From Candidatus Magasanikiibacteriota bacterium (GTDB taxonomy: Bacteria > Patescibacteriota > Patescibacteriia > Magasanikbacterales > GWA2-37-8), in NCBI GenBank assembly GCA_016182085.1, contig JACOYB010000004.1, forward strand, positions 339,923 to 403,922: a DNA stretch of 64,000 nt, written 5' to 3'. The translations under genes were made by a program, and so were the position numbers. Positions 46,852 through 55,214 of the stretch are shown here, one piece after another; position 1 is the stretch's first letter; each line of letters starts with the position of its first letter. A model generated the notes under the pieces. The model was not told the DNA's origin. It worked only from the letters and a program-made list of their open reading frames with translations, and did not search any database.

Positions 46852-48261
46852 TTATCTTCCAGCCATTCTCAAAATCGTGTTTATCGTCCGCATGAGAATA
46901 GATATATCCAATGTGAAGTTGCGATTTTTAATATAATATAAATCGTATTCAAGTTTGCGCAAATTCTCTTCTATAGTTCCGTAGTAAGAATTGTTTATCT
47001 GGGCCCAGCCGGTAAGTCCGGGTTTTATTAAATGACGCAGTGTATAAAAAGGCATCTCTTTAGTAATTTGGGTTACAAATTCCGGACGTTCAGGCCGCGG
47101 CCCGATAAAGGACATTTGGCCTTTTAAAATATTAAAAAATTGGGGGATTTCATCCAGGCGAGTAAGTCGTAAAAATTTTCCTACGGCCGTAATGCGCGGG
47201 TCTTTATTAGATGCAAACTGCGGGCCGTTCGTTTCCGCGCTGCCATCGCTAGAGAGCGCTTTCATCGTGCGATATTTATATACTTTAAAGATCGTGCCGC
47301 CTCTGCCAACTCTATTTTGGGAAAAGAATACAGGGCCTTTGGAGTTGAGTTTTATGGCCAAGGCCAAAAGTGGCAACGTAGCAGCAAAAAATATGCCAAC
47401 TACTATTGCTAACAGATAATCCGTTAAAATTCGGAAGCGATCATAAATTTTTTTCTGTTGTTCCTGCAGATGAGATACGAACCAGCCTTCGGAAAAAGTA
47501 AACGGAGGAATACGGTGCATGACAGATTCGTAAAACGCGGAAAGGCTAACAATGCTGATTTGTTGAAAGAGACTCTGGTACAATTCTTGCAGGAGTTTGT
47601 GATTAGTGCTCATTTGGGGTGATAAAACAATGATATGCAAGCCCCCTTTTGTTTGTTGGTTTATTTCCGCGATTGTTTTGCCAAAAATTATGTTTTTTTC
47701 CTTTAACTCAGAAATAAATTCCTGATTTGCATTTATTTCAGGTTCGGAAATTATGCCAGCTACCGAATATCCTAGCTGAGGTTCTTTCTGAATGTGTTTT
47801 ACGAGCTCTATTACTTCGTTGGTTATGCCGGCAAAAACTATATTATATTTTAAATTAACGATAATAAATCCGTTATAAAAAAATCGCCATGCGGCAATAA
47901 GTCCAAAACCAACAAGAGAAGTAAGAGCCAGAATGGTTTTTGGCGCGACTGACTGATTTGGGTTTATGTAAAAATAAATAATGCCAAACACAATCCAAAC
48001 TAAAGCGCTGACAATGATTTTTTGATAGAAAACCCAAGAATTTTTAGCTTTGGTTGCGTCGTATAAGCCGGCAATAAACATAATTATCGCGGCCAAAAGA
48101 AATAACAAGGTCATGGGGGAGACAAGTTCGGTAAAATTGTGTCCGGGAGTTGTCCGGTATCTTAAAAATATGGCCATGTAGAGGCCAGTATATAGGCCTA
48201 CTAGATCGCCAAATAAGAGCACAACTTGCTTTAAACGATACATATATCGTGATATAATCAA
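46852..48261 (-). CDS. polyprenyl-phosphate glycosyl-1-phosphate transferase (WbaP/bacterial sugar transferase family)
   Basis: N-terminal TM helices; C-terminal RLDEIPQFFNILKGQMSFIGPRPERPEF signature. Confidence 0.82.
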   Translation of the reverse strand: MIISRYMYRLKQVVLLFGDLVGLYTGLYMAIFLRYRTTPGHNFTELVSPMTLLFLLAAIIMFIAGLYDATKAKNSWVFYQKIIVSALVWIVFGIIYFYINPNQSVAPKTILALTSLVGFGLIAAWRFFYNGFIIVNLKYNIVFAGITNEVIELVKHIQKEPQLGYSVAGIISEPEINANQEFISELKEKNIIFGKTIAEINQQTKGGLHIIVLSPQMSTNHKLLQELYQSLFQQISIVSLSAFYESVMHRIPPFTFSEGWFVSHLQEQQKKIYDRFRILTDYLLAIVVGIFFAATLPLLALAIKLNSKGPVFFSQNRVGRGGTIFKVYKYRTMKALSSDGSAETNGPQFASNKDPRITAVGKFLRLTRLDEIPQFFNILKGQMSFIGPRPERPEFVTQITKEMPFYTLRHLIKPGLTGWAQINNSYYGTIEENLRKLEYDLYYIKNRNFTLDISILMRTINTILRMAGR

Positions 48262-48266
48262 TCAAT

Positions 48267-49778
48267 ATGTTTAAATCTTACCTTAGATTAGGCAAAAAAT
48301 CAATAGGATTAGGGCTCATAGCCCTAATTTTTAGCTTGAGTTTTACGAGCGGAGTTTTGGCTAAAATTCCCAACGATCCCAAGTTTCCCTTGCAGTCTGA
48401 CTTTTATGGCCAAATTGGCGCGCCTGAAGCTTGGGAATATACCACCGGAACCAGCAGTGTGGTAGTGGCGGTCATAGATGTTGGTGTAGATATTACGCAC
48501 GAGGATTTAAAAAATAATATTTGGAAAAACTCAAAGGAGCTACCCGGGAACGGTATCGATGACGACAATAATGGTTATGTGGATGATATTCATGGTTGGA
48601 ACTTCGTAGAAAATAATAATGATATTTCGCTTTCGGTTATCAAGGAAGTAGATGATTCCGGGGCCGTAAATCATGGTACCGTGCTTGCGGGGCTTATCGG
48701 GGCCCAAGGGAATAATGAAATATTAGGCGCCGGTTTGAATTGGGATGTAACCATAATGCCAGTGCGTGCTATAGATAATGCTGGCGGCGGAGTGCTTGCA
48801 AATGTGGCCAAGGCTGTGGATTATGCCGTAAATAATGGCGCTTCTATTATTAGTATAAGTTTTGTCGGTTTTGTTACCTATCCGGATTTAACCGATGCGT
48901 TATATAGAGCTTATCAAAAAGGTGTGCTGCCTGTAGTGGCCGCAGGCAATAGCCGTAATGACAGTAGCGGCAATGAAAATCTAACCAAAGTTAAACAATA
49001 TCCTGTTTGCTTGGATTCAGACTCTTCCGAAAATTGGATTTTGGGGGTAGCGTCCGTGGATTTGCAGGATAGGTTAAGCGATTTTGCTGATTATGGGAGT
49101 TGTATAGATATATCCGCTCCAGGAGAGAAGATTTTTAGTACGCAAAAATATGCGCCGCAATATGGATACACCAAAGATTTTGATGGAGCTTGGTATGGCA
49201 CTTCTTTTTCCGCGCCGTTGGTGGCTGGGGCGGCTGCGCTCGTAAAGTCTGTTCGTCCGGATTGGAAGGCAAAAGAATTAATGTCTGCCTTGCTTCGCAG
49301 CGCCGATGATGTTGATGGCTTAAATCCGGGGTTTGCCGGCCAAATGGGCTATGGTCGTTTAAATGTAGGCAAAGCCGTGGTCTTGGCTGTGGAATCAAAA
49401 AATATTCCGCCAATTACTTTTGAAACTAAATTGATAAATCAAAAAAAATCATACGCAATGCGAATTTCGGCAAATGGCAAAGTATTGCAAGATTTTCCCT
49501 TGTTCGGATATTCATCAAAATTTTCAAAATGGATGCTCAAAGATGATTTGTTTGTTTACGCGCGGTTTAGCAATAATAAAATAATTGTGGATGTCTGGGA
49601 TCTATCGGGGAATAAGAAGCTGTCCAACTTTGTGTTGCCGGGTATGACCGGCTTATCTGGCATAGAGGTAGATACGGTCTGGGGAGATAGCCCCAATGCA
49701 ATTTTATTTGCAAAGAAAGGAAAAGTAAATCAAAAAATTATTATAGATATTCCGAGCAAGAGCTGGAAGGTTGAGTAA
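48267..49778 (+). CDS. secreted subtilisin-like serine protease (peptidase S8)
   Basis: Signal peptide; catalytic triad contexts VAVIDVGVD (Asp), HGTVLAGLIGA (His), GTSFSAPLVAGAAAL (Ser). Confidence 0.85.
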   Translation: MFKSYLRLGKKSIGLGLIALIFSLSFTSGVLAKIPNDPKFPLQSDFYGQIGAPEAWEYTTGTSSVVVAVIDVGVDITHEDLKNNIWKNSKELPGNGIDDDNNGYVDDIHGWNFVENNNDISLSVIKEVDDSGAVNHGTVLAGLIGAQGNNEILGAGLNWDVTIMPVRAIDNAGGGVLANVAKAVDYAVNNGASIISISFVGFVTYPDLTDALYRAYQKGVLPVVAAGNSRNDSSGNENLTKVKQYPVCLDSDSSENWILGVASVDLQDRLSDFADYGSCIDISAPGEKIFSTQKYAPQYGYTKDFDGAWYGTSFSAPLVAGAAALVKSVRPDWKAKELMSALLRSADDVDGLNPGFAGQMGYGRLNVGKAVVLAVESKNIPPITFETKLINQKKSYAMRISANGKVLQDFPLFGYSSKFSKWMLKDDLFVYARFSNNKIIVDVWDLSGNKKLSNFVLPGMTGLSGIEVDTVWGDSPNAILFAKKGKVNQKIIIDIPSKSWKVE

Positions 49779-49887
49779 TTAAATACACTATCTATGTAAG
49801 CTGCCTTCCACCGCTCGTTTTGTTTTTAATCTTGCGTGTTGTAAATGGGGGAGGAGAATGCTATAATTTATATATAATTTTCTATTC

Positions 49888-50925
49888 TTGAACAGTATGG
49901 ATACCCCTATTTTTGAGAAAAAAAACGTATTGGTAACCGGCGGCGCCGGATTTATTGGTTCTCATCTTTGCGAACGGCTTTTAAAAGAAGCCAAGGTAAT
50001 TTGTTTAGACGATTTTTCCAATTCAACGCCCGCCAATATCAAACATCTGTTGCAGTATCCGGATTTTGAATTTATAAAATACGATGTCAATCAGCCGATA
50101 AATTTGGATCAATTTGACGAGCTGGATAAATTTAAAGTTAAATTTCAAGGTATTCAGGAAATATATCACTTAGCTTGCCCAACCAGCCCCAATGATTTTG
50201 AAAAGTTAAAAATGAAATCTTTATGGGCCAATTCTTCGTCAATGATTAGTACCTTGGATTTGGCGGTAAAATATAAAGCCAAATATGTTTTTACTTCAAG
50301 TTCGGTAGTCTATGGCAACGCTACCAATGAAAAATACATGTTTAAAGAAACCGATCAGGGTGTGGTGAATCATTTGTCGCCGCGCGCTTGTTATGACGAA
50401 GGCAAGCGTTTTGCCGAAACATGCGTAGCTACATATCGCCAAGTATATGGCATAGATGCAAAAATTGCCCGGATATTTACCACATACGGCCCTCACATGA
50501 AAATTTTTGAAGGTCAAATGATACCCGACTTTATTATCAGCGCCTTGGAAGGAAAAAATCTTACTATAAATGGCGACGAATCGTTTTCCACCTCGCTTTG
50601 TTATGTGACCGATATGGTGGATGGGCTCGTGCGTCTTATGGCCAGCGCGCCGGACGTACAGATTGTAAATTTGGGAGACGATAAGATCGTTAAAATTGCG
50701 GATGTCGCGAGTGCGGTAATTCAAGCTACGAATTCATCTTCTCAAATTGTATTTGAAAAACCGCTGCTATTTTTAACCAGAAAAGGCGCCCCTGATTTGG
50801 CCTACACCAAAGAAAGTTTAGGCTGGCTGCCGCTGGTGCGTCTGCAAGATGGTTTAGGAAAAACCATTGATTATACGATTGCCAATAAAGAAGCGCTCAT
50901 GTTTGATCGCGGTTATCAAGTCTAG
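49888..50925 (+). CDS. NAD-dependent epimerase/dehydratase (UDP-glucuronate decarboxylase / UDP-xylose synthase-like SDR)
   Basis: VLVTGGAGFIGSHLCERLL Rossmann motif; a YxxxK context around CYDEGKRFAE. Confidence 0.8.
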   Translation: MNSMDTPIFEKKNVLVTGGAGFIGSHLCERLLKEAKVICLDDFSNSTPANIKHLLQYPDFEFIKYDVNQPINLDQFDELDKFKVKFQGIQEIYHLACPTSPNDFEKLKMKSLWANSSSMISTLDLAVKYKAKYVFTSSSVVYGNATNEKYMFKETDQGVVNHLSPRACYDEGKRFAETCVATYRQVYGIDAKIARIFTTYGPHMKIFEGQMIPDFIISALEGKNLTINGDESFSTSLCYVTDMVDGLVRLMASAPDVQIVNLGDDKIVKIADVASAVIQATNSSSQIVFEKPLLFLTRKGAPDLAYTKESLGWLPLVRLQDGLGKTIDYTIANKEALMFDRGYQV

Positions 50926-50937
50926 ATAACGTGCAGT

Positions 50938-51621
50938 ATGATTTTTGTGATAGTGCCAGCTTATAATGAAGAAAAAAGTATCGGTCGCGTTTTGGGCGGT
51001 TTTTTTGAAACACAGTTTAAAGACGAAAGTTTAAAAAATATGAAAGTAGTCGTAGTAGATGACGGGTCGATAGATAATACCGTGCAGATTGCAAGTCAGG
51101 CCGGAGCGACAGTGTTGCGGCATGAAATAAATAGAGGGCAGGGCGCGGCGTTGCAAACCGGCAATGAATACGCGCTTGAACAGGGAGCGAGTATTGTAGT
51201 GCATTTTGACGCGGATGGACAGTTTAATCCGGTAGATATAGAATCGGGTTTAATGACTATGAAAAACAAGGGTGTGGATGTGGTGCTTGGCTCTCGTTTT
51301 TTGGACAATCGTTCAAAGATGCCGTGGTCAAAGAAATATCTGCTTTTGCCAATAAGCAGATTTGTTAATCGGTTGCTCACCGGTTTAAAACTAACCGACG
51401 CGCATAATGGATTTAGAATTTTATCGCGTAAGGCGCTCCAAAAAATTAATATTTCCCAAGACAGAATGGCGCATAATTCCGAGATTGTAAAACAGATCAA
51501 GCAACATAATCTGTTGTTTGCCGAACATCCGGTAGAAGTTGTGTATGCCGAATATGGCCAGGGAGTTGGCGGGGGGTTGAAAATTTTACAGGATTTACTA
51601 GCAGCTAAATTTTTGAGGTAA
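50938..51621 (+). CDS. family 2 glycosyltransferase (dolichyl/polyprenyl-phosphate sugar transferase-like)
   Basis: MIFVIVPAYNEEKSIGRVL...VVVDDGSIDNT...FDADGQ (DXD). Confidence 0.8.
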   Translation: MIFVIVPAYNEEKSIGRVLGGFFETQFKDESLKNMKVVVVDDGSIDNTVQIASQAGATVLRHEINRGQGAALQTGNEYALEQGASIVVHFDADGQFNPVDIESGLMTMKNKGVDVVLGSRFLDNRSKMPWSKKYLLLPISRFVNRLLTGLKLTDAHNGFRILSRKALQKINISQDRMAHNSEIVKQIKQHNLLFAEHPVEVVYAEYGQGVGGGLKILQDLLAAKFLR

Positions 51622-51622
51622 T

Positions 51623-51964
51623 ATGTTTGTGATTCAGATAATACTTTTCATCTTTTTTCTCTTTGCTTTTGTAAAGGTGGTTGGTCGTTTTAAGGCCGGA
51701 GAAATTGGAAAAATGACTGCTTTAGGCTGGTGTTTGTTTTGGGTGGCAGCGATGCTCGTGGTGATTTTGCCAAATTCCACTGCTCAGGTGGCAAAACTAG
51801 TCGGTATTGGAAGAGGCGCTGATCTAGTGGTGTATCTAGCCTTGGCAGCTTTATTTTTTATCATGTTCAGGATGATGGTAAAAATTGAGCGATTCGGCAA
51901 AGAAATTACCGCACTCACTAGAAAAATTTCTCTACAAGAAAAAGATAAGCCAACAGCCAAGTAG
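51623..51964 (+). CDS. small two-TM membrane protein commonly paired with GT2 polyprenyl-phosphate transferases (DUF2304-like by context)
   Basis: 113 aa with two hydrophobic helices; start is 2 nt after the GT2 stop. Confidence 0.45.
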   Translation: MFVIQIILFIFFLFAFVKVVGRFKAGEIGKMTALGWCLFWVAAMLVVILPNSTAQVAKLVGIGRGADLVVYLALAALFFIMFRMMVKIERFGKEITALTRKISLQEKDKPTAK

Positions 51965-51965
51965 T

Positions 51966-53147
51966 ATGCGTATAGCTCATGTAGTTTCCACGTTTCCGCC
52001 GCATTTAGGCGGAATGGGCAGTGTTTGCGAGAGCGAAGCCAAGGCGCTGGCTGAACAAGGATATGACGTAACAATTTTTACTTTAAAATACCCGGGTAAA
52101 ATTAATTCTGAAGCAGATAAAAGATTTCCTTTCAAAGTAGTCAGGCTGCGGCCGCTTATTGGATTTGGCGATGCCGGACTGGTTCCTCAACTACTTTGGA
52201 AAATAGGCAAAAATTTCGACCTTGTTCATTTGCATTATCCTTTTTATGGCGGGGCCGAGTGGTTGTCTTTTTTACAGATACCATTAATTATTACGTATCA
52301 CATGGATGCGCAGACAGCCAGTTTAAAGTTTCTGATCCAGAAACTATACGATGCAGTTTGGCCAAAGCGGTTATTTGCTAAAGCTAAAAAAATAATTACG
52401 GTTGACGCGGCATTTAGAAATTCAAAGTTTTTACAAAATGTATCTTCTGGAAAAATCACGGAAATTCGCAATGGCGTTGATACAGGTATTTTTAAGCCGC
52501 AATCGGCAGATTTGGATAAGTTGGGCCTATCTGATTTAAAAGATAAGCAGAGCTTGAAATTACGTCGAGCTTCGAAAGAAGAAAATGAATTTTCTTCTTT
52601 GCTCACCTCTAGTAATTATAAAAAAATAATTTTATTTGTTGGCAATTTATTGCCCTTGAAACGTCTAGATTTATTGATTAGCGCGGTTAAATTATTAAAT
52701 AACCCGGAGGCAGTATTGGTAGTGGTGGGCGGGGGAGATAGCCTGAAAAAATATAAACAAATGGCCAAGGATTTGGGTGTTGGTTCTCAGGTAGTTTTTG
52801 CCGGCGCTTGTGACAATAAGGAAAAATTGGTTCAATATTATAATGCCGCATATTGTGTGGCCGTACCTTCGGATTATGAATCTTTTTCACTAGTAGCTGC
52901 CGAAGCTATGGCTTGCGGCAAGCCGCTTATTTTGAGTGATTTGCCGGTGTTTAAAAATAATTTTAACCAAGCAGTTTTTTTTCAGAAGGGTTCGGTTGAT
53001 AGTTTGAAAGACGCTTTAACGCGAGCATTATCTTTATCAAGCGAAGAAAGAAAGAAAATGGGTGAATGGGGGATAGCCAAAGCAAATACGGATTTTTCTT
53101 GGGATAATCATATTAATAAATTAAAAGCAGTGTATGGGCAAGTTTGA
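51966..53147 (+). CDS. family 4 (GT-B) glycosyltransferase
   Basis: MRIAHVVSTFPPHLGGMGSV N-terminus and the C-terminal EAMACGKPLILSD motif. Start taken at the ATG at 51966 (MRIAHV) rather than the tracker's 51885, which would overlap the preceding gene. Confidence 0.8.
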   Translation: MRIAHVVSTFPPHLGGMGSVCESEAKALAEQGYDVTIFTLKYPGKINSEADKRFPFKVVRLRPLIGFGDAGLVPQLLWKIGKNFDLVHLHYPFYGGAEWLSFLQIPLIITYHMDAQTASLKFLIQKLYDAVWPKRLFAKAKKIITVDAAFRNSKFLQNVSSGKITEIRNGVDTGIFKPQSADLDKLGLSDLKDKQSLKLRRASKEENEFSSLLTSSNYKKIILFVGNLLPLKRLDLLISAVKLLNNPEAVLVVVGGGDSLKKYKQMAKDLGVGSQVVFAGACDNKEKLVQYYNAAYCVAVPSDYESFSLVAAEAMACGKPLILSDLPVFKNNFNQAVFFQKGSVDSLKDALTRALSLSSEERKKMGEWGIAKANTDFSWDNHINKLKAVYGQV

Positions 53148-53955
53148 TTACGAAAAATCAATTTGGGGTCATGGTCGGGCAAGCATCAAGTTAAGCTCGC
53201 CGACCAGTTTTAGGTTGCGCCAAAGTTTGAGTTCAATTAAAGCTCTCGCCGGCGGCGCCAAAGTTATGGAACTTGGCAGTGGCGCGGGGCAGTTTATACG
53301 TGAAATTAAGGCCATCAGACCGGACTTAGAGTGTTATGGGTCTGATATTAGCGAACACGCTATTAACTTAGCCAAACAGGCAAATGACGGCGTGCAATAT
53401 GACTTAAGCGCTGAAAAGAAATTGCCATACGCGGATAATTTTTTTGATGCTATTTTGATTTTTGACGTCTTGGAACATGTGGAAAATCCGGGCGCGATTT
53501 TTTCCGAAGTGCACAGAACTTTAAAAAGCGGAGGGGTCTTTTATGCCTTTGTGCCGTGTGAAGGGGATTTTTTGTCTTTTTGGAATTTACTGCGAAAATT
53601 CGGGGTGGGAGCAAACCTTACAAAAATGTATGCTGGGCATATTAACCGATTTTCCCGCGAAGAATTGGTGGCCACGGTAAAAGCTTTCGGGTTTGAAATT
53701 AAAAAAATTAGATATAGCGAACATATATTAGGACAGTTTTTAGGCCTGGCTTCATTTTTTTCCATGGATAGATTTGCCAAGAAGAATAATCTGCAACAGG
53801 TAAATAATGAGCAGTATTTTTACGATTTAAGCCAAAAGGGCGGAGGAGTGTTGCGGCTGGTAAAAAATTTGGTAAATACGGCGGTGGCGTTAGAGTCTAT
53901 GCTTTTTTCCAGGCTGCCATCGCCAAATGTGCATTTAACAGTTATTAAGAAATAG
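53134..53955 (+). CDS. class I SAM-dependent methyltransferase
   Basis: VMELGSGAGQF (motif I), CYGSDIS, DAILIFDVLEHVENP. Confidence 0.75.
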   Translation: MGKFDYEKSIWGHGRASIKLSSPTSFRLRQSLSSIKALAGGAKVMELGSGAGQFIREIKAIRPDLECYGSDISEHAINLAKQANDGVQYDLSAEKKLPYADNFFDAILIFDVLEHVENPGAIFSEVHRTLKSGGVFYAFVPCEGDFLSFWNLLRKFGVGANLTKMYAGHINRFSREELVATVKAFGFEIKKIRYSEHILGQFLGLASFFSMDRFAKKNNLQQVNNEQYFYDLSQKGGGVLRLVKNLVNTAVALESMLFSRLPSPNVHLTVIKK

Positions 53956-53965
53956 CCAACTAAAC

Positions 53966-54114
53966 TGTCATCCCGAGCGAGCCTCGCGGCGACGCCCGCC
54001 CGTACCGAACGTGTACGTTCGGGCGGGAGGGATCTCTGTCTGTCATTCCCATCGCAATGGGAATCCAGTATCCGGTCAGATTGTGTGGATTCCCGCTTTC
54101 GGCGGGAATGACAA
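53966..54114. repeat. palindromic elements, tandem copies E1 and E2
   Basis: CTGTCATCCCGAGCGAGCCTCGCGG...GGGAGGGATCTCTGTC, then TGTCATTCCCATCGCAATGGGAATCC...GGATTCCCGCTTTCGGCGGGAATGACAA; both are GC-rich hairpin-formers. Confidence 0.65.
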
Positions 54115-54126
54115 ATAAATTTTAAT

Positions 54127-54732
54127 ATGCGCATCATTCATATAATTCCTTCGGCTTTTGAATACTTTAATGATATACGGTCTCAAGCTTTTAAATTATT
54201 AGGCGGCTTGCATAAATTGGGAGTGGAAACAGAAGCGTTTACCTTGCAATATAACCAGCCAAGTAAATCCATGAAAGCCGAAGTTACCGAAGATTCATCT
54301 TCAGTTCATAACTACGCGGGAAATATTAATCTTGATAATTTGGCAGAACATTTTTCTGGTTTTGATATTGCGCATCTCCATTGTCCATTTTTAGGAATGG
54401 CTAGAAAGATAATTGATTGGAAAAAATTACATCCTAATTTTCCTTTGGTTGTAACATATTACCGAGATGTGCGCTTTGAAGATATATTTAGTATTTTTAT
54501 TAAACTATACAATGCTTATTATTTACCAAAAATTTTTACCCTGGCGAGCGTGGTGGTTTGCTATAATTTTGAGTCTTTTAGAAAGACCGCGGGCCTTAGA
54601 TCGTTACATGATAAAAGTAGTTTAGCAATTTTAGATGAGATAGAGCTGGGTGAAGAGGGGGAAAGCTTAAAACCAACAGAGTTGGTTGCGGCAAAAACGC
54701 TTGCGGTGTATAATAGTATCCTTAGAGCTTAA
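54127..54732 (+). CDS. hypothetical protein (201 aa), possibly a degenerate GT-B N-terminal domain
   Basis: MRIIHIIPSAFEYFNDIRSQAFKLLGGLHKLGVE resembles GT4 N-termini; otherwise unrecognised. Confidence 0.45.
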   Translation: MRIIHIIPSAFEYFNDIRSQAFKLLGGLHKLGVETEAFTLQYNQPSKSMKAEVTEDSSSVHNYAGNINLDNLAEHFSGFDIAHLHCPFLGMARKIIDWKKLHPNFPLVVTYYRDVRFEDIFSIFIKLYNAYYLPKIFTLASVVVCYNFESFRKTAGLRSLHDKSSLAILDEIELGEEGESLKPTELVAAKTLAVYNSILRA

Positions 54733-54819
54733 CCTTAATATATATAGTTACACATATATATACTCATTCGCTCGGAAGAAATTAAATGCATTTAATTTCT
54801 TCTCTCACTTATTTCGTAT

Positions 54820-55128
54820 ATGGGAAGATTTAAAAAAGGACTATTTTTAGGAAGTTTAGTTGGCGCGGCGCTTATGTGGTTGAATGCTACCCCAAAGGGG
54901 AAAGAAATGCGAGAAAAAATGATGTCTCAGGCCAATGATTTGTATGGCCAGCTTAAGGAAAGCCTAAAAAAATTAGATGGACCTACCAGAGAAATGTATG
55001 ATGCTTTGGTAGAAAGAGCCGTAGAGGAATACGCAGCCAAAAAAGAGATGGCCATGGAAATAAAAAATCAATTGGTGCGAGAATTAAAGAAACGATGGAA
55101 AGAATTGGAAAAAGAAATTAAAAAATGA
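54820..55128 (+). CDS. small membrane-anchored protein, YtxH-like (DUF948-like)
   Basis: MGRFKKGLFLGSLVGAALMWL TM helix followed by a charged helical tail. Confidence 0.5.
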   Translation: MGRFKKGLFLGSLVGAALMWLNATPKGKEMREKMMSQANDLYGQLKESLKKLDGPTREMYDALVERAVEEYAAKKEMAMEIKNQLVRELKKRWKELEKEIKK

Positions 55129-55141
55129 CCTGCAACAGCGG

Positions 55142-55176
55142 AGTCATCCTGAGCTGGCGTGAAGGATCTTCGTCAA
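55142..55176. repeat. palindromic element, partial copy F
   Basis: AGTCATCCTGAGCTGGCGTGAAGGATCTTCGTCAA; a terminator hairpin ATAGCCTCGAACTAATCGGGGCTATTTTTTTT follows. Confidence 0.5.
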
Positions 55177-55214
55177 ATAAAAAAATAGCCTCGAACTAAT
55201 CGGGGCTATTTTTT

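Noticed and set aside
23666-55176. CRISPR array interpretation of the TGTCAT...ATGACA repeats
   Set aside because: Copies are 5-9 kb apart, each is itself a long hairpin with variable interior, there are no regular spacers, and no cas genes are present.
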